A DNA stretch of 23,066 nt, taken from positions 1 to 23,066 of the forward strand of contig DXJV01000048.1 in NCBI GenBank assembly GCA_019056785.1, read 5' to 3'. Under the pieces are notes generated by a model that had not been told where the DNA came from, did no database searches, and worked only from the letters and a program-made list of their open reading frames with translations. The first letter of the stretch is position 1. Each line of letters begins with the position of its first letter. Shown here piece after piece: positions 18,334 through 23,066 of this stretch. The translations under genes were made by a program, and so were the position numbers. Source of the DNA: Candidatus Heimdallarchaeota archaeon. GTDB lineage: Archaea; Asgardarchaeota; Heimdallarchaeia; JABLTI01.

Positions 18334-18746
18334 TCCAAAATCTCCAAAAAATCCTCTGCCGGCATTTTGGCATACTCGAGTGCTACTTGTCGCACTTGCT
18401 CCGTTACTAAACCTTTGAGGTCAGGGTGTTTAAGCAAACGAAAGAGAATAGTTTTGTCGTCTTTGATGAATTTTGCTTCTGGTATCCCACTATCTTCGAT
18501 TTTTATGTTGCCTTTACCGAGTGTGCAACCAGAGATAAATTGAATTCCATCTACCATACACGAAAGAGGGGGGGTAATCCCTGTGTAGACGATTGCTTTC
18601 ATCTTAAAGGGATCAAACCCCAATCGCTCTATGGCAATTTCTGCCATTCTCGCACCAATGATGAGGTAGGGACCTAAATGGGTATGGAAACGTCCAAGAA
18701 GGTCAACAACTTCTTGGACTTTGAATGGAGCATATTCCGCTTTCAT
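18330..18746 (-). CDS. FmdE/FwdE family protein (putative metal-binding/chaperone)
   Basis: FHTHLGPYLIIGARM and SCMVDGIQFISGCTLGKGNI motifs. Likely ATG start at 18746 (138 aa) after GAAGGGG. Confidence 0.88.
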   Translation of the reverse strand: MKAEYAPFKVQEVVDLLGRFHTHLGPYLIIGARMAEIAIERLGFDPFKMKAIVYTGITPPLSCMVDGIQFISGCTLGKGNIKIEDSGIPEAKFIKDDKTILFRLLKHPDLKGLVTEQVRQVALEYAKMPAEDFLEILE

Positions 18747-18777
18747 TTTTTTCCCCTTCAATTTTTGATTCTGGCTC

Positions 18778-19767
18778 TTAGTGTTTCTTCTGCTTGTTTC
18801 TTTTTTCCTGGTGGAGGAAATAGGGGGCAATAATAATTATACTAGTCAATCCAACAAACAGCCCCAAGGCAGAATTTGCACTATTCCCCGTAGCAGAAAA
18901 TGCTTGTCGTATTTGCTCCAAATTGTACTCCAACATACTCAAATAATTTGCTGCTTCTGGATCGTTTTGCGGGAAATTTGTTAAAATTGCATGGGGAATG
19001 CCCAAGTCATTAGCAATTTCTTCCCCAACATTTGTGCCTGATTGAAGATTGCTAATGACAATTTCAGCTTGCGCCTCAGCCGCTTCTGTAATTAACGCTG
19101 CCACTTCTTGCACGGACATTAATTCATCAGATTTCGACCAATTCGCCACGACATCTAAGCCAAGGAAGCTGGTAAAACCAAATTGATGGATCATTACCAC
19201 AGCTTTCTTGTGGAGTAAGCTGTAGTTCTGAGCTAATTCTTGCAGCTCAAGTGCTTTTGCATTTATCTGATTAGTGTAAGTCTGTAAGTTTGTATTAAAT
19301 TGGCTTGCAAGCCCGGCATAAGTATTATTTAACTTTGCAGTGATAACCTCGAGATACTTGATTGCATTTGCCGGTACACCCCAAGGAGCTCCTGCAACAA
19401 GTGGGCCTAGAGGATATTTCGCAGATGATTTATTCACACTAGTCAAGAGATCATCTAACCATTGCCCTTCAAAACCATGACAAAAAACAATATCGGCATC
19501 TTGAACAAGTGCAATATCTCCTGGTTCGGAATCATAATGTGCAGGACAAGTTCCCGGGTTAATTATTGGCTCAATCTCTTTACCAATAATTGCCCCGACA
19601 AAGTCAGCAAGTGTTGTTGTTGTCACTGCGACATTAACTCCCACAGCCTTAGCAATATTCTGCCTATTAATTTGTATATTCACTGCCATATTTTTTGGCA
19701 CTACATTTGATGCCAAAAGCAACAAACCCAATATAATTATAAACGCACTTTTTTTCTTGAGTGTCAT
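18778..19767 (-). CDS. Metal ABC transporter substrate-binding protein (ZnuA/TroA-like) with N-terminal signal and C-terminal membrane anchor
   Basis: VAVTTTTLADFV..I, IINPGTCPAHYD..PGD....DADIVF.HGFE..W and YLSMLEYNL. Hydrophobic N- and C-termini with a basic tail. Likely ATG start at 19767. Confidence 0.88.
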   Translation of the reverse strand: MTLKKKSAFIIILGLLLLASNVVPKNMAVNIQINRQNIAKAVGVNVAVTTTTLADFVGAIIGKEIEPIINPGTCPAHYDSEPGDIALVQDADIVFCHGFEGQWLDDLLTSVNKSSAKYPLGPLVAGAPWGVPANAIKYLEVITAKLNNTYAGLASQFNTNLQTYTNQINAKALELQELAQNYSLLHKKAVVMIHQFGFTSFLGLDVVANWSKSDELMSVQEVAALITEAAEAQAEIVISNLQSGTNVGEEIANDLGIPHAILTNFPQNDPEAANYLSMLEYNLEQIRQAFSATGNSANSALGLFVGLTSIIIIAPYFLHQEKRNKQKKH

Positions 19768-19811
19768 TTTTTCCGTTGCCCCTTCCAATGTTCTTGTAGA
19801 GCACGAAGTGT

Positions 19812-19836
19812 TAACACGATTTTCGAAATTGTGTTA
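19812..19836. promoter_or_regulatory. Putative NikR operator (TAACAC-N13-GTGTTA inverted repeat)
   Basis: TAACACGATTT-tcg-AAATTGTGTTA has 10 of 11 arm positions complementary. It lies 8 bp downstream of the operon's TATA box, over the expected transcription start. Confidence 0.7.
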
Positions 19837-19844
19837 CTAATCCC

Positions 19845-19853
19845 TTTATAAAA
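19845..19853 (-). promoter_or_regulatory. TATA box of the metal ABC operon
   Basis: Minus strand TTTTATAAA preceded by CCCAAAA (possible BRE), about 80 nt upstream of the binding-protein start. Confidence 0.55.
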
Positions 19854-19995
19854 TTTTGGGAAAAACGCAAAAGAGCAACCATGGCTGAGAAAAAAGACTG
19901 CAAGTAACCTTTTGAGTATGAACAGAACTGTTTTAACCTAAAAAGTAAAAAATAATAACAGCTATTTGCATAATAGGTTTGCCGGTGAACGTTCC

Positions 19996-20847
19996 ATGTT
20001 AAAAAGGATCCTTAAAAGTAAATCAGGTGTGTCTAATGTTATCTCAACCTTACTAATTATTAGCATAATGATCACCTCTATTGCCTTAACATATGTATAT
20101 ATTATCCCGACCATTGAGCGTGCTCGAATGAATGCAACTGTGAGCACCTCGTCATTATTTATGTTCAAAATGGATGGGGCAATACAATCCTTATATTTTG
20201 ATGGTGTCGGATCTGCCCGAACGATTGAAGTTGATGCTTTTACCGGCAATCTCGAGTTTCGGAGTTATGCTCTAAATGTCCGTGCATATATTGATGGTTC
20301 AATGTTTGTTGCTATTCCTTCCCTTGAATATGGCCTTGCTCGCTTGTCATTTAAAAGTGACGTTGGAATGCTTCCGTTAAATTCGATTAAATATCTTAAA
20401 GGCAGTCCTTACAATTCCCCGGTTGTTACCCAAGATGGTCAAGGAACTATTGACCCTGCAATTATAACCATTGAGCGCCCTGAAAGCACAAGCTACAATC
20501 TCGACTTTTATTATCGCCTTTTACTTCAAGCGAGAGATACCGGTGTTGGGGGGACAATTGATGTTACGTTAGTTTGTGTCCAATTTACCAATGCTGAATC
20601 TTTACGAGGGCTCCATTCTGGCACTTACCAATTGACTATTAACAAAACACGTGTTGAATTAAATCCTGCACGATATGGCTTTGCAGGAGATGGCTCACCA
20701 ATCGAAGCTTCAGGCGATGATTTTTACATTGCTGTGAATAAAGGAAGTGGTTTGCTACCTGTCTATGTAACCTCCGGAACACGAACAAATGTTGCATTCA
20801 ATTTACTAGTGATGACTTTTGACTTCTATGCTGTCAAAATTGCTTAA
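19996..20847 (+). CDS. Archaeal type IV pilin/archaellin-like protein with class III signal peptide
   Basis: MLKRILKSKSG|VSNVISTLLIISIMITSIALTYVYIIP: basic leader, Gly at -1, hydrophobic helix, then a beta-rich domain. ATG at 19996 follows GGTGA. Confidence 0.82.
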   Translation: MLKRILKSKSGVSNVISTLLIISIMITSIALTYVYIIPTIERARMNATVSTSSLFMFKMDGAIQSLYFDGVGSARTIEVDAFTGNLEFRSYALNVRAYIDGSMFVAIPSLEYGLARLSFKSDVGMLPLNSIKYLKGSPYNSPVVTQDGQGTIDPAIITIERPESTSYNLDFYYRLLLQARDTGVGGTIDVTLVCVQFTNAESLRGLHSGTYQLTINKTRVELNPARYGFAGDGSPIEASGDDFYIAVNKGSGLLPVYVTSGTRTNVAFNLLVMTFDFYAVKIA

Positions 20848-20884
20848 AAAACAGAAATCACCAACAAGTAAAAAGTACAGCCTA

Positions 20885-21532
20885 TCAATCTTTTTCTTCG
20901 AAAACCTCTTTTAATTTTAGTAATTGTCTCGAGTCTACAACCTCTTTTTCCAATCGTGTTTCAAGGATTGTTTCCAACTGCCGATAGAAATTTCGTGCTG
21001 CAGTTCGATCCTTTTGTTGCAATAAAAATTGTGTGGCATTAAACAACCCTTTGGCACAAGCAGTCTGAACCTTTTCATTTGTCGGATGTTTTCTGCTAAG
21101 ATCTATTAATTCAGTTGCAAACTCATTTATTGATGCAGCGTGATTTTTCAGGCTAAAATCATAGATGGAATTTACGAGTATCATACCCAAAAATTCTGTT
21201 AAAATATCACTCGTCGTTTTATCGGCAAACGCTCTAAAATTATTAATTATTGCTTTTATTTGTAGGAGAGGGAGTTGGACGAAAAGAATTGGCAAGGTGT
21301 TTAAGACTATTTGCCCATAAAGTGTTTGTAGTTGTTTGTTTTCTGGAACAACTGCCAGTACTCTTTCCACAAAGGTAATTAGTGTTAGAATGGTTTCACT
21401 GTCAGTTGTTTGTTCAATATTAATTATAATCCGTGAAATTTTCTCTAAAAACTCTGAAACGAGAGAGGATTGCTGGGATGTTTTTTCCAGCGCAATGACT
21501 ATTTTCTCGAGCTCTTCAAACATTGCTACCAT
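20885..21532 (-). CDS. Hypothetical alpha-solenoid (helical repeat) protein
   Basis: 215-aa amphipathic helical ORF with a recurring (G/A)xx(L/V)(L/V/F)N motif. Confidence 0.7.
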   Translation of the reverse strand: MVAMFEELEKIVIALEKTSQQSSLVSEFLEKISRIIINIEQTTDSETILTLITFVERVLAVVPENKQLQTLYGQIVLNTLPILFVQLPLLQIKAIINNFRAFADKTTSDILTEFLGMILVNSIYDFSLKNHAASINEFATELIDLSRKHPTNEKVQTACAKGLFNATQFLLQQKDRTAARNFYRQLETILETRLEKEVVDSRQLLKLKEVFEEKD

Positions 21533-21610
21533 CTTCTCTTTACAATTTCATTCAATGAAATATTATTATTTCCATTCAGAGAATCTTTTTTGAGGTAAAG
21601 TCTTCTTCGC

Positions 21611-22654
21611 TTACAGGATTAAAATAACGAGGATATTTCCACCAATAGTTAAAACGGTCCCTAAGATGATCTTCCAATCGACTTTTTCTTTCAAGAAGAG
21701 GATAGACAAAGGTGTTGCAACCAAAGGCCCCGAAGCGGCAATTGCCGATGGGGTCGATGTTCCGATTAAATCAAGAGCTTTAAGATAACAAATATTTGCA
21801 ACAAATAAACTCAATAATGCTGCCAGAGCAACAAGAGCAAAAGATTTCCAAGTGATTTTCTTCACTTTTTTATGTTCCTTTGTGACATAAAATAGCGCGA
21901 CTGAAAGGGGAATTAAAAAGAGCAATCTGCCGGCATTAATAGGAATAATTCCAACATCTGTATTATTCAAACCGTATTTTATCAATGTCGAACCCGAAGC
22001 CCAAGTAATGGAGCTCAAGGTTGCAAGTATGACTCCCAGAACTGCAGCTCGTTTTGTGGGGTTCTTTACAGTATCTTCTGCATCTTTTTTTATTTGCCGC
22101 TCAGAAGATGTGTCAGGCAAACCCTCTGCTGCTGTTTCTGATGGTTTTTCAAGTATTTGTTGCCTTTGTCCAGCTGGCTCTTTTTCCAGAAACAGTTCTT
22201 TGTCATTTTCTTTAACATTTATCTTTGAGAACGAAATTAGTACTACTCCGACAATTATGAGCACGATCCCTGCAGCTTTTTTCCAATTAAAAGTCGCTCC
22301 CAGAAATAAGATTTCGAGGATGTATGTTAAAAAGGGGTATGTCATTGTAATTGGATAAGCTTTTGAAACACCAATTAGTTGCATGCTAATTAAATAGAAA
22401 TAATTACCAACGATAATGCCCATAATTGCTGCGAAAACGAACGCGAGGAATGGGAAAAGTGGAACCGAAAAAATATCTTGAAAATCACCCATAGCACTAA
22501 CGAGAATAATGAAAGCAAGCCAGGAGATTACCGAGTTGATTACCACCATTAATGCCGGTTTGATTTTTTCCCCTTGAGACTTGTAAATAACAGCCGAAAT
22601 ACCAGAAAGGATCATGTTCCCAAATGCTGCTAATATCCCGAGCCAGTTCAACAA
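21611..22654 (-). CDS. DMT/EamA family transporter
   Basis: Two five-helix EamA repeats (IGVSKAYPI...YPF..; IGTSTPSAI....PL.ATPLSILFLKEK) joined by a long hydrophilic linker. Confidence 0.9.
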   Translation of the reverse strand: MLNWLGILAAFGNMILSGISAVIYKSQGEKIKPALMVVINSVISWLAFIILVSAMGDFQDIFSVPLFPFLAFVFAAIMGIIVGNYFYLISMQLIGVSKAYPITMTYPFLTYILEILFLGATFNWKKAAGIVLIIVGVVLISFSKINVKENDKELFLEKEPAGQRQQILEKPSETAAEGLPDTSSERQIKKDAEDTVKNPTKRAAVLGVILATLSSITWASGSTLIKYGLNNTDVGIIPINAGRLLFLIPLSVALFYVTKEHKKVKKITWKSFALVALAALLSLFVANICYLKALDLIGTSTPSAIAASGPLVATPLSILFLKEKVDWKIILGTVLTIGGNILVILIL

Positions 22655-22826
22655 GATTCACGGTATTCTCAATGCATGGCTCTTTTTGAATTCTTCCGTT
22701 AGTAGTGAAAAAGCTCTTTATTGTTCAGAGACATTTTGAGGAATAATAGCCAATTTTTAAAGCTAATAGCTGTTTACATTTGAATGATAAAAATTTAATA
22801 GTAATTAAAAGTATGGAATGGTAAAA

Positions 22827-23066
22827 ATGATAGACGAAATTCTAAAAGACGAGGAAATGAATTGCATTTATCAAATTCTCAAAAAAGAGAACAACATAAC
22901 TTCCCGAAGAATTCTCGAACTAGCAACAACAGAAGAATTCGAGGACATCTGTACTGGCTGTGTCTCCGGCGATTCATTTTTACGTGCAGTAAAAAAGATG
23001 GAACAACTGGGAGTCATTAAATCATCTTTAGGTAAAGGAGGGTATCGATGGGAATTAATTGCGAAA
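22827..23066 (+). CDS. Winged-helix protein with CxxC, truncated at the window edge (absent from the ORF track)
   Basis: Open frame MIDEILKDEEMNCIYQILKKENNITSRRILELATTEEFEDICTGCVSGDSFLRAVKKMEQLGVIKSSLGKGGYRWELIAK. Alternative in-frame ATG at 22818. Confidence 0.75.
   Translation, partial: MIDEILKDEEMNCIYQILKKENNITSRRILELATTEEFEDICTGCVSGDSFLRAVKKMEQLGVIKSSLGKGGYRWELIAK

Noticed and set aside
529-22358. Many short antisense or alternative-frame ORFs in the track (e.g. 4078..4431, 4787..5161, 7728..8039, 8159..8410, 17693..17983, 22008..22358)
   Set aside because: They largely overlap well-supported genes and have shadow-ORF composition with no recognisable motifs.
1-23066. CRISPR arrays, tRNA/rRNA genes, IS elements, prophage genes; apparent abundance of TCGA sites as a clue to MTase specificity
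   Set aside because: No regularly spaced repeats, GC-rich structured RNA, terminal inverted repeats or transposase/integrase ORFs were seen. TCGA abundance is only an impression and would need k-mer statistics and methylome data.

Overview
AT-rich chromosomal window from an archaeon. GatD, an archaeal class III signal-peptide pilin, TATA-type promoters and oligo-T terminators support this; an Asgard/Heimdallarchaeia-like origin is only a guess. Left to right: two membrane proteins, a YgeA-type Asp/Glu racemase, a large orphan N6-adenine DNA methyltransferase, ferritin, gatD, a small hypothetical protein, a DUF917 protein, tldD-pmbA(tldE), a LigB/Memo-like protein, a tandem paralog pair (one copy broken at an A9 run), glnA divergent from an Lrp/AsnC regulator, nikR convergent on a four-gene operon (ZnuA-like binding protein, FmdE-family protein, ATPase, permease), a lone pilin, a helical-repeat protein, an EamA transporter and a truncated CxxC winged-helix protein. 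The best candidate for a poorly described system is the metal module: a Zn/Mn-class ABC importer with non-canonical ligand motifs and an embedded FmdE protein, whose promoter carries a TAACAC-N13-GTGTTA inverted repeat that is probably the operator of the adjacent NikR. No rRNA, tRNA, CRISPR array or transposase was seen. All family calls come from motif recognition by eye, not database searches.
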